Source: Actinomycetota bacterium (GTDB taxonomy: Bacteria; Actinomycetota; UBA4738; HRBIN12). From it: 57,993 nucleotides of DNA. The notes under the pieces are model-generated. The model made no database searches. It was given only the letters and a program-made list of their open reading frames with translations, and was not told where the DNA came from. Every line of letters begins with the position of its first letter. Positions within the stretch are counted from its first letter, which is position 1. A program made the position numbers and the translations under genes. Where the stretch lies: NCBI GenBank assembly GCA_040511595.1, contig JBEVGU010000006.1, positions 1-57,993 of the forward strand, in the 5' to 3' direction. Positions 38,104 through 49,013 of the stretch are shown piece after piece.

Positions 38104-39768
38104 GTGAACCGCGTCTGGGTACGGTTCGGTCCACCGCTGGTCGCGCTCCGCGGCGTCGCCGGCAGCCGCACCCTGCGGCGCACATCGATCGCCTTCCTGA
38201 TCTTCAGCGGTGCCGAGGCGGCGACGTGGATCGCGATCCTCGTCTTCGCCTACGACCGTGGCGGACCGGCCACGACGGGGCTCGTCGGGTTCCTGCTGCT
38301 GCTCCCGGCCGGCGTGATCGCTCCGATCGCCGCCGCGCTCGGCGACCGGCGCCGGCGCGAGGGGGTGCTGGGGTACGGCTACCTCGCCCAGGCGATCGCC
38401 ACCGGGATCACCGGAGCGGCGATCGTCCTCGATGCGCCCGATGCGGTCGTGTACGCGGCGGCGGTCGTGGCGATGGCCACGATGACCACCTCGCGACCGG
38501 CCCACCACTCGCTGATGCCCTCGCTCGCGGCGACACCCAACGAGGTGACGGCCGCGAACTCGGTCTCGTCGATGGGCGATGGCCTCGGCGCAACCCTGGG
38601 GACCCTGTCGGTCACCGGGCTCCTGGCGGTGGCCGGCGCCGGGCTCGTCTATCTCGTCGCCGCCGTGCTGCTGGCGGCCTCGGCCGCCGCTGTGCTCACG
38701 CTCGGCGCACACACGACACCGTCCGATCCGGGGCCACTACGCCCGTGGAACCTGATCGCCGAGGCCGGCCACGGGTTCGCGTCGATCGCGCGGGAGCGGG
38801 GGCCGCGGCTGCTGGTGTGGATCGCGGCGCTGATGACGATCTCGTGGGGGGCGTTCGACGTCCTGCTGGTGTCGGTGGCCATCGAGGTGCTCGGACTCGG
38901 CCAGGCCGGGGTCGGGGCGCTGCAGACCGCCGCCGGCGTGGGGGCACTGGTGGGCGCGGCCGGTTCCGTGACGCTCGTCGGCGGGCGCCGGCTCTGGATC
39001 GCGATGGTGGGTGCCATCCTGCTGCTCGCGGCAGGCATCGCCGGCTCCGGCTCGACCACGGTCACCGCGGTGGTGGCGGCGGCCGTGGTGGCGGGCGGCG
39101 CGATCACCCTGCTCGACGTCGTGGGCCGCACGATGTTGCAGCGGGTCGTCGATGACGCCGTGCTCACGCGCGTGTTCGGGGTGGTGGAGGCCCTGTGGAT
39201 GGTCGGGGTGGGGCTCGGAGCGGGCATCGCGGGGGCGCTGAGCCGAGCCTTCAGCATCTCGACCGCCCTCGTCGTGATCGGCGTCTCCCTCGTGGTCCTG
39301 ACCGTGCCCGTCATCGGCGGTCTGCGCCGGACCGATCGCTCGGCGGCCGTGCCCGAGCGCCAGCTTCGCCTGCTCCGATCGCTCGCGATGTTCGCCCCGA
39401 TGTCGCCGACAGAGCTGGAGCGCCTCGCGTCACAGCTCGACCGGCTGGTCACGCCCGTGGGGACCGATGTCGTCGTGCAGGGGGAGACGGGGGACCGCTT
39501 CTACGTGATCGACTCGGGCTCGTTCGACGTGATCGCGGACGGCCGGATCGTCCGGCGGCTGCGGGAGGGTGACGCGTTCGGAGAGATCGCGCTGCTCCAG
39601 GACGTGCCGAGGACCGCCACCGTGCGGGCGGTGGACGACGGCGCCGTCTGGACGCTGGATCAAGAGGAGTTCCTGGCCACGGTCACTGGGCAGCCACAGG
39701 TCTCGCGCGCCGCTCACGCGCTCTCGGCCGAGCGCCTGCGGGACCTCGGCCCCGCGTCCGATCGCTGA
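38104..39768 (+). CDS. MFS transporter fused to a cNMP-binding domain
   Basis: About 12 TM helices (LGDRRRRE motif A); C-terminal QGETGD...FGEIALLQDVPRTATV. Confidence 0.9.
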   Translation: MNRVWVRFGPPLVALRGVAGSRTLRRTSIAFLIFSGAEAATWIAILVFAYDRGGPATTGLVGFLLLLPAGVIAPIAAALGDRRRREGVLGYGYLAQAIATGITGAAIVLDAPDAVVYAAAVVAMATMTTSRPAHHSLMPSLAATPNEVTAANSVSSMGDGLGATLGTLSVTGLLAVAGAGLVYLVAAVLLAASAAAVLTLGAHTTPSDPGPLRPWNLIAEAGHGFASIARERGPRLLVWIAALMTISWGAFDVLLVSVAIEVLGLGQAGVGALQTAAGVGALVGAAGSVTLVGGRRLWIAMVGAILLLAAGIAGSGSTTVTAVVAAAVVAGGAITLLDVVGRTMLQRVVDDAVLTRVFGVVEALWMVGVGLGAGIAGALSRAFSISTALVVIGVSLVVLTVPVIGGLRRTDRSAAVPERQLRLLRSLAMFAPMSPTELERLASQLDRLVTPVGTDVVVQGETGDRFYVIDSGSFDVIADGRIVRRLREGDAFGEIALLQDVPRTATVRAVDDGAVWTLDQEEFLATVTGQPQVSRAAHALSAERLRDLGPASDR

Positions 39769-40943
39769 CGGCCGAGGTTCGTCGAGACGACGACCACCAG
39801 GCCGGCCACGGCCACGACCGACCCCGCGAGGAAGGTGGCGCCCCTGCCGAACCCGGCCGCGACGAACCCCAGCGTCGCGGGTCCCAGACCGAAGCCCACG
39901 TCGAGGAACGCGCTCACGGTTCCCATCACCGCGCCGCGTTCGTTCGCGGGGACGCCGTCCATCGCGAGCGCGAACAGCGCGGGCGTGAACAGCGCGACTC
40001 CGATCCCGAGGATCGCGGCGCCCGCGACCAGGCCGGCCGGCGTTCGCCATACCCCGATCACGGCCAGCCCCACGGCGGTGAGCACCAGCGCGATCCGGGT
40101 GCACCTCCCCGCGCCGAGCCGGTCGGGGATCGTCGCGCCGACGCTGCGGATCGCCACGACGATGCCCGCGAACAACCCCAGCACGAGGCTCGCGCCCCCC
40201 ATGCCCAGGTCGAGTGCGTAGAGCGGAACGAACGTCAGGAATCCCGCCATGCCCCAGATCGTGGCGGCGAGCACGATCCCCGGCAGCAGCCCCGCGGGGT
40301 GGATCAGCCGGTGCCGCTCGGACGCCTCGCTCCCGGCCGGCTTCATCGCGGGCAGCCGCAGCGACAGTCCCACCGCCACCGCCGCGAAGCCGATCGCGCA
40401 GACCCACACGGCACGGAACCCGAGGCGATCGATCACGGCCTCGCTGATGAAGGGCCCCGCCCCGAGGCCGATGTACAGCGCGAGCGAAGCGAAGCTGAAC
40501 GCTTCCCCCCGGCGCTCCGGGGGCGCGAGGTCGACGTTCGCGGCGAGGGCCCCGACGAAGAACAGCGCCTCACCGGCTCCGGTCGCCAGGCGCATCACCA
40601 CCAGCACCCCGACCGACGAGGCGAGGAAGTACCCCCCGACCGAGAGCGAGAACAGCGAGGCGCCGGCCAGCATCAGCAGCCGGCGCCCACGGCGGTCGGC
40701 GAGCCCGCCGGCCAGCGGACGCAGGAGGAACGCCGAGACGCTGAACGCCCCGATCACGAGCCCGACCGCGATGTTGCCGCGGCCGAGCGGTCCCTCCACG
40801 TATCGAGGCAGGGCCGGTAACAGGATGCCGTCGGCCGTGAAGTATGCCAGCTCTGCCAGCGCGACGGTCACGAATGCGGGCGTGAAGAGTGTCGGCCTCG
40901 CTTCGCGCGCCTCGTTCTTGCGGATGGTCATGCTCTTCACCAT
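39714..40943 (-). CDS. MFS transporter
   Basis: GGLADRRGRR motif A, APPERRGEA and PANERG; about 12 TM helices; start at 40943 or 40931. Confidence 0.9.
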   Translation of the reverse strand: MVKSMTIRKNEAREARPTLFTPAFVTVALAELAYFTADGILLPALPRYVEGPLGRGNIAVGLVIGAFSVSAFLLRPLAGGLADRRGRRLLMLAGASLFSLSVGGYFLASSVGVLVVMRLATGAGEALFFVGALAANVDLAPPERRGEAFSFASLALYIGLGAGPFISEAVIDRLGFRAVWVCAIGFAAVAVGLSLRLPAMKPAGSEASERHRLIHPAGLLPGIVLAATIWGMAGFLTFVPLYALDLGMGGASLVLGLFAGIVVAIRSVGATIPDRLGAGRCTRIALVLTAVGLAVIGVWRTPAGLVAGAAILGIGVALFTPALFALAMDGVPANERGAVMGTVSAFLDVGFGLGPATLGFVAAGFGRGATFLAGSVVAVAGLVVVVSTNLGRQRSDAGPRSRRRSAESA

Positions 40944-40995
40944 GTCGGACCCCCTGACACGCATCCGACGATGCATGGGGCGGAGCGTCCGGCGC

Positions 40996-41013
40996 ATCGG
41001 TAGGTCTGCCCAT
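40996..41013. promoter_or_regulatory. Candidate operator for the HD-GYP/LuxR regulator
   Basis: Imperfect 18-bp palindrome ATCGGTAGGTCTGCCCAT between divergent genes. Confidence 0.45.
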
Positions 41014-41051
41014 CTTGGCCGGGTGGGCCGGGCCTGACATCCTGGAGTCCA

Positions 41052-42590
41052 GTGCCGGAAGCGCTCCGCCTCGCCGACCTGCTCGCAGCCCTCTCCCTCA
41101 CGACCGATCTCGCGATGGGCCAGCCCCCGGAGAAGGCCATCCGAGCCTGCGTGCTCGGGACCGAGCTCGCACGGCACATGGGCGTGCCTGAGGCCGACGT
41201 CGGGTGCGTGTACTACACGACGCTGCTCAAGCACCTCGGCTGCACCGCGACCTCGCACGAGGAGGTCCGGCTCTTCGGTCCCGACGACCTCGGCATGCGA
41301 GCCGTGGCAGAGCGGACCGACGAGACCGACCCGCGCGACCTGCTCGCGTTCCTGCGCGCCGTCGGCCGGGGGGCCGGACCGGACCGGCTCGTGTATCTGA
41401 CGAGGACGGTCACGGGCGGCAAGAAGGAGTCCGGAGCGATCTTCCGGGCGATCTGCGAGGTGGCGACCCAGATGGCCGAGCGGCTCCGTCTGGGCGACGA
41501 CGTCCGCGACGCGTTGTACGCGTCGCTCGAGCGCTGGGACGGCAAGGGCGCACCGCGGGGACTCGCGGGCGAGGACGTCGCGCTCGCCGCGCGCATCGCC
41601 GAGCCGTCGACGCAGGCGGTGATCTTCCATCGCCTCGGGGGAGCCGATGCGGCGCTCGCGATGATGGATCGGCGGGCGGGCACGGGTTTCGATCCCGCCG
41701 TGGTGGAAGCGTTCCGCGCGGTCGGCCCGAAGACCCTGCAGCGTCTCGACGACGAGGATCCGTGGGAAGCGGTGCTCGCGGCGGAGCCCGAGCCGGTGCG
41801 TGTGGTCAAGGCCGACCGCCTCGGAAGGGTCGCTGAGGCCTTCGCGGACATGACCGACCTCAAGTCGACGTTCACGCTGGGCCACTCGTCGGGCGTCGCG
41901 GAGCTCGCGACGAACGCGGCCGAGCGCCTCGGCGTGCCGAACGTCGGCTCGGTGCGCCTGGCCGGGCTGTTGCACGATCTCGGCCGGACGGCCGTGGGCG
42001 CCGGCGTGTGGGAGAAGCCGGGGCAGCTGAGCACGACCGAGTGGGAACAGGTCCGTCTGCACCCTTACCACACCGAGCGGATCCTCACGCGCTCGACCGC
42101 GCTCGAGCCGCTGGCGCGCATCGCGGCGATGCACCACGAACGCCAGGACGGCTCCGGGTACCACCGGGCCGCGTCGGCGGCCGAGATGCCCGTGTCGGCC
42201 CGGCTGATCGCGGCCGCCGACGCCTACCACGCCATGACCGAGCGCCGGCCGCATCGTGCGGCGCTCGGCCCCGACGAGGCGGCCGGGGTCCTTGCCGAGC
42301 AAGTTCGCGACGGCCGCTTCGATCCCGAGTGCGCCAAGGCGGTGCTCGAGGCGGCCGGTCGCTCACGCGCGACCACGCGGGGCGCGTGGCCGGCCGGCCT
42401 CTCGGGCCGTGAGGTCGATGTGCTGCGTCTGGTCGCGGCCGGTTCCTCGAACCGCGAGGTCGCGAAGGCCCTCGTGATCTCGCAGCGCACCGCCGAGCAC
42501 CACGTGCAGCACATCTACGCCAAGATCGGCGTCTCGACGAGGGCCGCGGCCGCGATGTTCGCGATGCAGCGCGGGCTGCTCCGCGACTGA
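41052..42590 (+). CDS. Tandem HD/HD-GYP domain protein with a C-terminal LuxR HTH
   Basis: ERWDGKG, LLHDLG, HHERQDGSGY, ADAYHAM and LSGREVDVLRLVAAGSSNREVA...HIYAKIG. Confidence 0.92.
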   Translation: MPEALRLADLLAALSLTTDLAMGQPPEKAIRACVLGTELARHMGVPEADVGCVYYTTLLKHLGCTATSHEEVRLFGPDDLGMRAVAERTDETDPRDLLAFLRAVGRGAGPDRLVYLTRTVTGGKKESGAIFRAICEVATQMAERLRLGDDVRDALYASLERWDGKGAPRGLAGEDVALAARIAEPSTQAVIFHRLGGADAALAMMDRRAGTGFDPAVVEAFRAVGPKTLQRLDDEDPWEAVLAAEPEPVRVVKADRLGRVAEAFADMTDLKSTFTLGHSSGVAELATNAAERLGVPNVGSVRLAGLLHDLGRTAVGAGVWEKPGQLSTTEWEQVRLHPYHTERILTRSTALEPLARIAAMHHERQDGSGYHRAASAAEMPVSARLIAAADAYHAMTERRPHRAALGPDEAAGVLAEQVRDGRFDPECAKAVLEAAGRSRATTRGAWPAGLSGREVDVLRLVAAGSSNREVAKALVISQRTAEHHVQHIYAKIGVSTRAAAAMFAMQRGLLRD

Positions 42591-42694
42591 TATCGGTCGT
42601 CGACGCTCGAGGTTGACAAGAAAAGCACTACGTCGGAGAGTCGTCGCGGAGTCCTCCACCAGGTCTGTGCCGATTGCCCGCAGATCGGGGCTGC

Positions 42695-42946
42695 GTCGTG
42701 AAGCGGTTGTGGATCATGCCCGACTCCCGGCTCCTGACGCTCGAAGGGTCGGGACACACGTCGCTCTTCCTGTCGAGCTGTGTCGACCGCTACCTGAACC
42801 GATACCTGCTGACCGGCGCGGTGCCGGCCGAGGGCGCCGTGTGCCAGGTCGACGTGGTGCCGTTCTCGCAACCGGCCGGTCGATCGGCCGCCGCCAGGGC
42901 GGTCGCCCCGTTCCTCGTGCCGCCAACGGTGCGTCCCGCGCGTTGA
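42695..42946 (+). pseudogene. C-terminal remnant of a TAP-like (tripeptidyl aminopeptidase) alpha/beta hydrolase
   Basis: PDSRLLTLEGSGHTS...SCVDRYLNRYLLTGAVPAEGAVC; no N-terminal catalytic region. Confidence 0.7.
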
Positions 42947-42966
42947 GGAGCCGGGAGATCGATCGG

Positions 42967-43398
42967 ATGTCGATCCTGCGAGGAGCTGCACCGCTGATCG
43001 TGTCCGGGGTGCTGGTCGCCGTGCTCGTCGTTCCGGCCGCCGATGCCGGAGGCAGGCGCACGACGTACGCGATGACGGACTGCATGCATCTGCGCACGAG
43101 GCCGAGCAGCATCCTGTTCGCATGCGGCGACGGCAACTACTACGTCGACCACCTCACGTGGTTCCGATGGCATCGATGGAAGGCGGCCGGGTTCGGCCTG
43201 TTCCACCAGAACGACTGCCGGCCGAGCTGCGCCGAGGGCAGATTCCACACCGAGTGGGGATGGCTCTGGCTGCGGAACCGTGACCGGTGCACGCCGCCCG
43301 GCAGGTTCGTGTTCCAGCACGCGCGGGTGCTGTACGAGGGGAGGTTGCTCGGGCGGCACCGGACCGCGTTCGGCCACCTCGGCTGCCCGTTCCTGTAG
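42967..43398 (+). CDS. Secreted Cys-containing hypothetical protein
   Basis: Signal peptide ending ADA; RPSSILFACGDG...LTW..W...NDCRPSCAEG pattern. Confidence 0.75.
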   Translation: MSILRGAAPLIVSGVLVAVLVVPAADAGGRRTTYAMTDCMHLRTRPSSILFACGDGNYYVDHLTWFRWHRWKAAGFGLFHQNDCRPSCAEGRFHTEWGWLWLRNRDRCTPPGRFVFQHARVLYEGRLLGRHRTAFGHLGCPFL

Positions 43399-43427
43399 GC
43401 GCCCTGCAACCGGGTAGGTTCGAGCCG

Positions 43428-44414
43428 ATGGGCACGCCGAGACGCCTCCACCCGCTCCCGGTGCTCGCCCTGCTCCTCGCGGCCTGCACCGGCGACGACG
43501 GCGCGAGCTCGTCGCCCGCCCCCGTGGCCGAGGGGGTGTCCTGGACGACGCTCGCCCCGGTGCCCACGCCTCGCTCGGAGGTGGCCTCCGCGAGCGACGG
43601 GAAGCGCATCGTGGTCGCGGGGGGCTTCGACGAGACCGGGGCATCGGTCACGACCGTGGAGATCCTCGACCTCGCCGCGGGCACGTGGAGCGCCGGACCC
43701 GATCTCCCGGTGGCCGTGAACCACCCGATGGCGTCGTCGTTCGACGGAACGGTCGTGGTCGCCGGTGGCTACGGCGGAGGCGGGCTGAGCGGTCCGACCG
43801 ACCGGGTCTTCGCGCTCCGGGGCGACACCTGGGAGGAGCTGCCTCCGATGCCGGGGCCCCGCGCTGCGGGAGGGGCGGCCACGGTCGACGGCCTCCTCGT
43901 CGTCGCGGGCGGCGTCGGCCCCGAGGGCCTCGCCGGGGACGCCTACGTGCTGGATCCGGCGACCGGTCGATGGGGCACGCTCGAAGGTCCGCCGACCGGC
44001 CGGGAGCATCTGGGGGTCGCGGGGTTCGGGGGCGACGTCTACGTCGTCGGCGGCCGAACGGGCGGGATCGGCTCGAACCTCGACGCGGCAGAGGCCTACG
44101 AGGTCGCGGCGGCCACGTGGCGAGGGCTGCCGCCGATGCCCACAGCGCGCGGCGGCAGCGCGGCCGCGGCTACGTCGAACGGCTTCGTCGTCTCGGCGGG
44201 CGGCGAGGAGGAGGCCGGCACGTTTTCCGAGGCGGAGGCCTTCGACGTGCGAGCCGCCCGTTGGATCGCCCTGCCGGCGATGCCGACCGCCCGGCACGGC
44301 CTCGGTGTGGTCGCCGTCGGAACGGTCGTCTACACGATCGCGGGGGGCGAGACGCCGGGGTTGTCGGTGACGGGGACGGTCGAGTCGATCGACCTGGCGC
44401 CGCTCACCTCGTGA
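43428..44414 (+). CDS. Kelch-repeat lipoprotein
   Basis: Lipobox LAAC; six GG...W..LPPMP..R Kelch repeats. Confidence 0.9.
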   Translation: MGTPRRLHPLPVLALLLAACTGDDGASSSPAPVAEGVSWTTLAPVPTPRSEVASASDGKRIVVAGGFDETGASVTTVEILDLAAGTWSAGPDLPVAVNHPMASSFDGTVVVAGGYGGGGLSGPTDRVFALRGDTWEELPPMPGPRAAGGAATVDGLLVVAGGVGPEGLAGDAYVLDPATGRWGTLEGPPTGREHLGVAGFGGDVYVVGGRTGGIGSNLDAAEAYEVAAATWRGLPPMPTARGGSAAAATSNGFVVSAGGEEEAGTFSEAEAFDVRAARWIALPAMPTARHGLGVVAVGTVVYTIAGGETPGLSVTGTVESIDLAPLTS

Positions 44415-44537
44415 GCGGAACCGCGCCCCTGCTCATGACCGCTCGGTCTCTTCCCGGATCTTTCTCAGCACGGGGAGCACGAGGCGGTCCTTCCGTCGGC
44501 CCGCTGCTTCCTTGGGTCCCGTGCTAGCGTCGCGCCG

Positions 44538-45125
44538 GTGGACACGGTCACCGGGTACTTCACGGCGCTCGGGCTCTCGACCGCGGCGGGGCTCAACGCG
44601 TACATCCCGCTGCTCGCCGTCGGCCTCTTCTCCCGGTACACCGACCTCATCGACCTGCCCGCGCCCTGGGACCGCCTGGGCGACCCGCTCGTGCTCGGTC
44701 TCGTGGCGGTCGTGGGGGTGGCGGACTTCATCGGCGACAAGGTGCCGATCGTCGACCACGTGCTGCACCTGCTCGGCATGGCCGTCGCGCCCGTCGTGGG
44801 AGGCATCCTCGCCCTGGCGGCCGCGAATGCGCTCGACGTCGACCCGGGGTTCGCCGCCGTGCTCGGCGTCGTCGCGGCGCTCGCGACACAGGTGGGCAGG
44901 ACCGCCGCCCGGCCGGCCTCGACGGCGACGACGGCGGGGGCGGGCAACCCGGTGGTGAGCCTGGGCGAGGACGGCGCCTCCGGAACGTTGTCGATCACGT
45001 CGATCCTCTGGCCCGTCGTGGCGGCGATCCTCGCGGTGTTCGTGCTCGTGGGGCTGTTCGCGTTGTGGCGGAAGTGGCGAGCGTTCGGGTTGCGCCTGCA
45101 GGGCCGAGGCCAGGCTGCCGGCTGA
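44538..45125 (+). CDS. DUF4126 membrane protein
   Basis: AAGLNAYIPLL, DKVPIVDH and NPVVSLGED signature. Confidence 0.88.
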   Translation: MDTVTGYFTALGLSTAAGLNAYIPLLAVGLFSRYTDLIDLPAPWDRLGDPLVLGLVAVVGVADFIGDKVPIVDHVLHLLGMAVAPVVGGILALAAANALDVDPGFAAVLGVVAALATQVGRTAARPASTATTAGAGNPVVSLGEDGASGTLSITSILWPVVAAILAVFVLVGLFALWRKWRAFGLRLQGRGQAAG

Positions 45126-45137
45126 GCCGGCGCCGCA

Positions 45138-46145
45138 TCACGTGCGGCGTTCCCTGATCACCTCGCTCGGAGCCTTGTCGTCCCGCAGGCCGAGGTAGCG
45201 TGGATGACGCAGCTTGCCGTCGTCGGTCCATTCGCTGAACCCGATCTCCGCGACGAGCTCGGGCCGCACCCAGTGCACGCCCTTCTTCGGCAGCCCCTTC
45301 GTCTCGGTCACGGGGGGCTCGGACTGCTCGAGCGGCCCGAGCCGCTCGGTGAGCGAGTTCAGCTCACGCTGCCCGAAGCCCGTGCCGACCTTCCCGCCGA
45401 ACCGCAGCCCGCCGTCCTCGTGGTACGCGACGATCAACGCCCCGAGGCCCGACCGTGAGCCCTGCGGCTCGGTCCAGCCGATCACGACGAACTCCTGCTC
45501 GTTCACGCACTTGAACTTCAGCCAGTCGGTGGAGCGGCCGTGCGCGTAGGGCGAGCTCGCCCGCTTCGCGATCAGGCCTTCCCAGCCCCGCTCGCACGCC
45601 GCTTTGAACGCGGCCTCGCCGTCCTCGTCGAGGTGCTCGGAGAACCGGAGCGCGTCGTCGAACGCGAGGGCGCCGCGCAGTACCGACTTCCGCGCGAGCA
45701 ATGGCAGCGCCGACAGGTCGTAGCCGTCGAACCACACGACGTCGAACAGGTAGTAGATGACCGGCACGGCGGCGATCTGTGCCGGATTGGGGCGCGCGTT
45801 CTGCATGCGAGCCTGCAGCTGCGAGAACGACGTGACATCGCCTCGGAACGCCACGATCTCACCGTCGGCGATCAACGTCGGGCCGTCGGTGCGCGTCACT
45901 GCCTCGACGAGATCGGGGTAGTGCGACGTGCGATCCTTCTCGTTCCGGGTGATCAGCCGAACCTTCGATCCGCGCCTCCACAGCAGTGAGCGCTGTCCGT
46001 CGAGCTTGGCCTCGTAGATCCACGCCGGGTCCGAGAAGATGTGCTTCGTCAGCGTGGCCAGCATCGGCGGCGTGAAGCTCGGCATCGCGCGCCGCCGCAG
46101 CGGGCGGCGGTCCTGCTGGTCGAGCGCTTCGAGCAGAGGATGCAC
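45138..46145 (-). CDS. ligD: ATP-dependent DNA ligase (LigD ligase domain)
   Basis: PMLAT, EAKLDG, DGEIV, FD, EGLIAKR, WLKFK, VGTGF, WVRPELV and LRHP..LRDDK. Confidence 0.93.
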   Translation of the reverse strand: MHPLLEALDQQDRRPLRRRAMPSFTPPMLATLTKHIFSDPAWIYEAKLDGQRSLLWRRGSKVRLITRNEKDRTSHYPDLVEAVTRTDGPTLIADGEIVAFRGDVTSFSQLQARMQNARPNPAQIAAVPVIYYLFDVVWFDGYDLSALPLLARKSVLRGALAFDDALRFSEHLDEDGEAAFKAACERGWEGLIAKRASSPYAHGRSTDWLKFKCVNEQEFVVIGWTEPQGSRSGLGALIVAYHEDGGLRFGGKVGTGFGQRELNSLTERLGPLEQSEPPVTETKGLPKKGVHWVRPELVAEIGFSEWTDDGKLRHPRYLGLRDDKAPSEVIRERRT

Positions 46146-46185
46146 GGCACCAGCCTGGCACAAGCCCGAGCAGGCCGGACCCCGG

Positions 46186-46773
46186 TCAGGTCGTCTCGAG
46201 GTCGAGCGACGGAGGGTTGACCGCCTTCGGGCGCCCGCCTCGGCTCTGCTGCACCCGTCGGACCACGCGCAGGGGCAGGTACACGACGTACTCGATCACG
46301 AAGAAGACGGCGAGCGCGACGAGGATGACCAACCCCGGCAGCACCACGACCGGCAGCGCGAGCAGGGCGAGCGGGAACACCGGCCAGCTCTCGCGCAACC
46401 ATCCCCTGCGCCCCGCCGGTTTGGCCAGAGCCCCGATCCGCACGGCAGCCCACATCAACCACCGCCGCAGGAACGGCACCTCGAGCTCCCGCATGGCTCG
46501 GCGGAAGATGCCGTCGGCGTCGGGCAGGGTCAGCTCCCCGGCCGGCACCGCCACGCGCCAGAGGTGGTCGTGCAGGATCGCCGCCTTCGTGTACCGGCCG
46601 TACTTGGGCAGGAACCACACGAACGCCCGCGGCACCGACGCGAAATCGGTCGACGAGCCGGCGGGAACGGTGAACGACTGCGACTTCCCTTCGTAGCGCA
46701 GCTCCCGCAGGAGGCGCCACTCGCGATCATCGATCTGCTCGACGTCGACGTTGGAATCGTGATGGAACGGCAT
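46186..46773 (-). CDS. DUF1353 domain protein with C-terminal TM segments
   Basis: VPAGSSTDFASVP, AAILHD and ADGIF...MWAAVR. Confidence 0.88.
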   Translation of the reverse strand: MPFHHDSNVDVEQIDDREWRLLRELRYEGKSQSFTVPAGSSTDFASVPRAFVWFLPKYGRYTKAAILHDHLWRVAVPAGELTLPDADGIFRRAMRELEVPFLRRWLMWAAVRIGALAKPAGRRGWLRESWPVFPLALLALPVVVLPGLVILVALAVFFVIEYVVYLPLRVVRRVQQSRGGRPKAVNPPSLDLETT

Positions 46774-46940
46774 CTCATCGCCCCCCACGGCGGCTCTCTC
46801 GACGGTGGTCTCGGCACAACAGTCGACCACGCTGCGCAGAGCCGCGCACGTGGTGACAGCGCTATCGGTATCGGACGGGGGGTCAGGGTTCGCCGAGGCG
46901 ATGTCGATACCGCGATCGGTCTCGCGCGCCGAAGACGCGG

Positions 46941-49013
46941 TTAGCCCGCGATCGCGGTGGCGAGCACGAACGGGTGCACCGGGCCGCCGCCGGCCAGGCG
47001 GAGGGCGCGCGAGACCACGGTGAGCGTCCACTTCGAGTCGGAGAGGTCGTCGACGAGCAGCACGGGACCGTCGGGCACGGCGCCGGCCAGCTCGAACGCG
47101 TCCCAGACGTTGCGGACCTGTTGCGCGCTGTTCTGCATCGCCGCCTGCGGCTGGTTCTCGGCCACCTTGCGGACCACCTCGTGGAACGGCAGATCGAGCG
47201 CTGCGGCCACGCGCCGCGCGAGGTCGGGCACCAGATCGGGATGGGTCATCGACGGGACGCACGTGACCCACGCCGGGGCCGGGTTCGGCCGCCACCGGTC
47301 GCCGATCAGCGAGGCAGAGGCGCTCACGAGCTCGTCGGCGAACCACTCGTCCTGGCCACGTCCCGACGCGACGAGGCGGCCCCAGCCGCCGTCGCCCACC
47401 ACCGAGAGCGCGCGGCCCGTCTCCGGTCGCTCGTCCTCGGCGATTCGCCCCTTTGGCAGGCCGAACGCCGCCAGCCCCGAGGGCCACTGCTTCCGCGGCT
47501 CCACGAACAGATCGAAGCCCCGGAGGTGCTCACGGGCGGCCGCTCGCAGCTCCTGCGCGGGATCCACCCGCAGCGGCGTGCCAGTGCAGTTCATGCATCG
47601 CCCGCACGGTTCCGCGCCCGGGTCGTCGAGCTCGCGGCGCAGGAACTCCATCAGGCATCCGCCGTGGCGCGCGTACCGACGCATCGCCTCCTGCTCGTGT
47701 CGTCGCAGGGCGGTGATGTGCTCGACACGCTCGGCGGGGTATGTCCACGGCTCTCCGGTGCGCACGTATCCGCCGCGCTCGCGGGCGACGGCGCCCTCCA
47801 CCTCGAGCACCTTCAGCATCGACTCGAGCCGGCCGCGGCGCACGTTCACCGCCGCCATGAGGTCGTTCAGCGAGATCGGCTCGCCCGCCGAGCCGAGCAG
47901 CTCCACGATGCGCTCGGCCTGCTCCCGGGGCGGGAACGCCGTCTCGATGAAGTAGTCCTGGATCTCACGGTCTTCGACGCCGCAGAGCAGCACCGCCGGC
48001 GCGTGCTCGAGCGCCCGTCCGGCCCGGCCGACCTGCTGGTAGTACGCGATCGGCGACCCGGGGCTCTGGAAGTGGATCACGAAGCCCAGGTCGGGCTTGT
48101 CGAACCCCATGCCGAGCGCGCTCGTCGCAACCAACGCCTTCAGCTCGTTCGCGAGCAGCGCCTGCTCGAGCCGGATGCGGTCGTCGTTGTCGGTGGCGCC
48201 GCTATAGGCCTCGGCCTCGACGCTTCGGCGCCGCAGAAACGCCGCCACCCGCTCGCCGTCGGCGATCGTGAGCACGTAGACGATGCCCGAGCCCTCGAGC
48301 GTGGGAAGCGTCTCCGCGAGCCACGCCAGGCGCTCGGCCTGGCTCGGCGCGTCGGCCACCGCGAGGGCCAGGCTCTCCCGGTCGAGCGTGCCCCGGAACG
48401 TGACCATCTCGTGGCCGAGCTGGTCGGTGATGTCGGCGATCACGCGGTCGTTCGCCGTGGCGGTGGTGCAGAGCACCGGCACGTCCGCGGGCAGCGCTTC
48501 GAGCACCCGCACGATACGCCGGTAGTCCGGTCGGAAGTCGTGGCCCCAGTCGCTGATGCAGTGCGCCTCGTCGACCACGAGCAGCCCGACCGTGCGCGCG
48601 ATCACGCTCAGCATGCGGTCGCGGAAGCGCTGGTTCGCGAACCGCTCGGGCGAGACGAGCAGCAGGTCGATCTCGTCGTTCGCGAGCCGCTCGGCGATCG
48701 GCTCGAACTCCTCTGGGTTCGTCGAGTTGATCGTCTCGGCCAGAACGCCGATGCGTCCGGCCATCTCGATCTGGTTGCGCATCAGCGCGAGCAGGGGGCT
48801 CACGAGCAGCGTTGGACCGGCGCCCTGCTCGCGCAGCACCTTCGTCGCGATGAAGTACACCGCGGACTTGCCCCAGCCCGTGCGTTGCACGAGCAGCACG
48901 CGGCCCCGATCACGCGCGACCGCCTCGATCGCCTCGAGTTGCCCGGGCCGGAAGGACGCATCCGCCCCGAGCATGTGCCGCAGGTGATCGAGCGGCGCCC
49001 CGTCGACGATCAC
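46941..49013 (-). CDS. recQ: RecQ-family helicase with a C-terminal phosphoribosyltransferase-like domain (RqlH-like)
   Basis: [32 protein letters not shown], Zn-binding C..CGRCMNC and PRT-like VLLVDD. Confidence 0.93.
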   Translation of the reverse strand: MIVDGAPLDHLRHMLGADASFRPGQLEAIEAVARDRGRVLLVQRTGWGKSAVYFIATKVLREQGAGPTLLVSPLLALMRNQIEMAGRIGVLAETINSTNPEEFEPIAERLANDEIDLLLVSPERFANQRFRDRMLSVIARTVGLLVVDEAHCISDWGHDFRPDYRRIVRVLEALPADVPVLCTTATANDRVIADITDQLGHEMVTFRGTLDRESLALAVADAPSQAERLAWLAETLPTLEGSGIVYVLTIADGERVAAFLRRRSVEAEAYSGATDNDDRIRLEQALLANELKALVATSALGMGFDKPDLGFVIHFQSPGSPIAYYQQVGRAGRALEHAPAVLLCGVEDREIQDYFIETAFPPREQAERIVELLGSAGEPISLNDLMAAVNVRRGRLESMLKVLEVEGAVARERGGYVRTGEPWTYPAERVEHITALRRHEQEAMRRYARHGGCLMEFLRRELDDPGAEPCGRCMNCTGTPLRVDPAQELRAAAREHLRGFDLFVEPRKQWPSGLAAFGLPKGRIAEDERPETGRALSVVGDGGWGRLVASGRGQDEWFADELVSASASLIGDRWRPNPAPAWVTCVPSMTHPDLVPDLARRVAAALDLPFHEVVRKVAENQPQAAMQNSAQQVRNVWDAFELAGAVPDGPVLLVDDLSDSKWTLTVVSRALRLAGGGPVHPFVLATAIAG

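Noticed and set aside
42613-42640. TTGACA promoter upstream of the hydrolase remnant
   Set aside because: There is no convincing -10 hexamer at 16-18 nt spacing.
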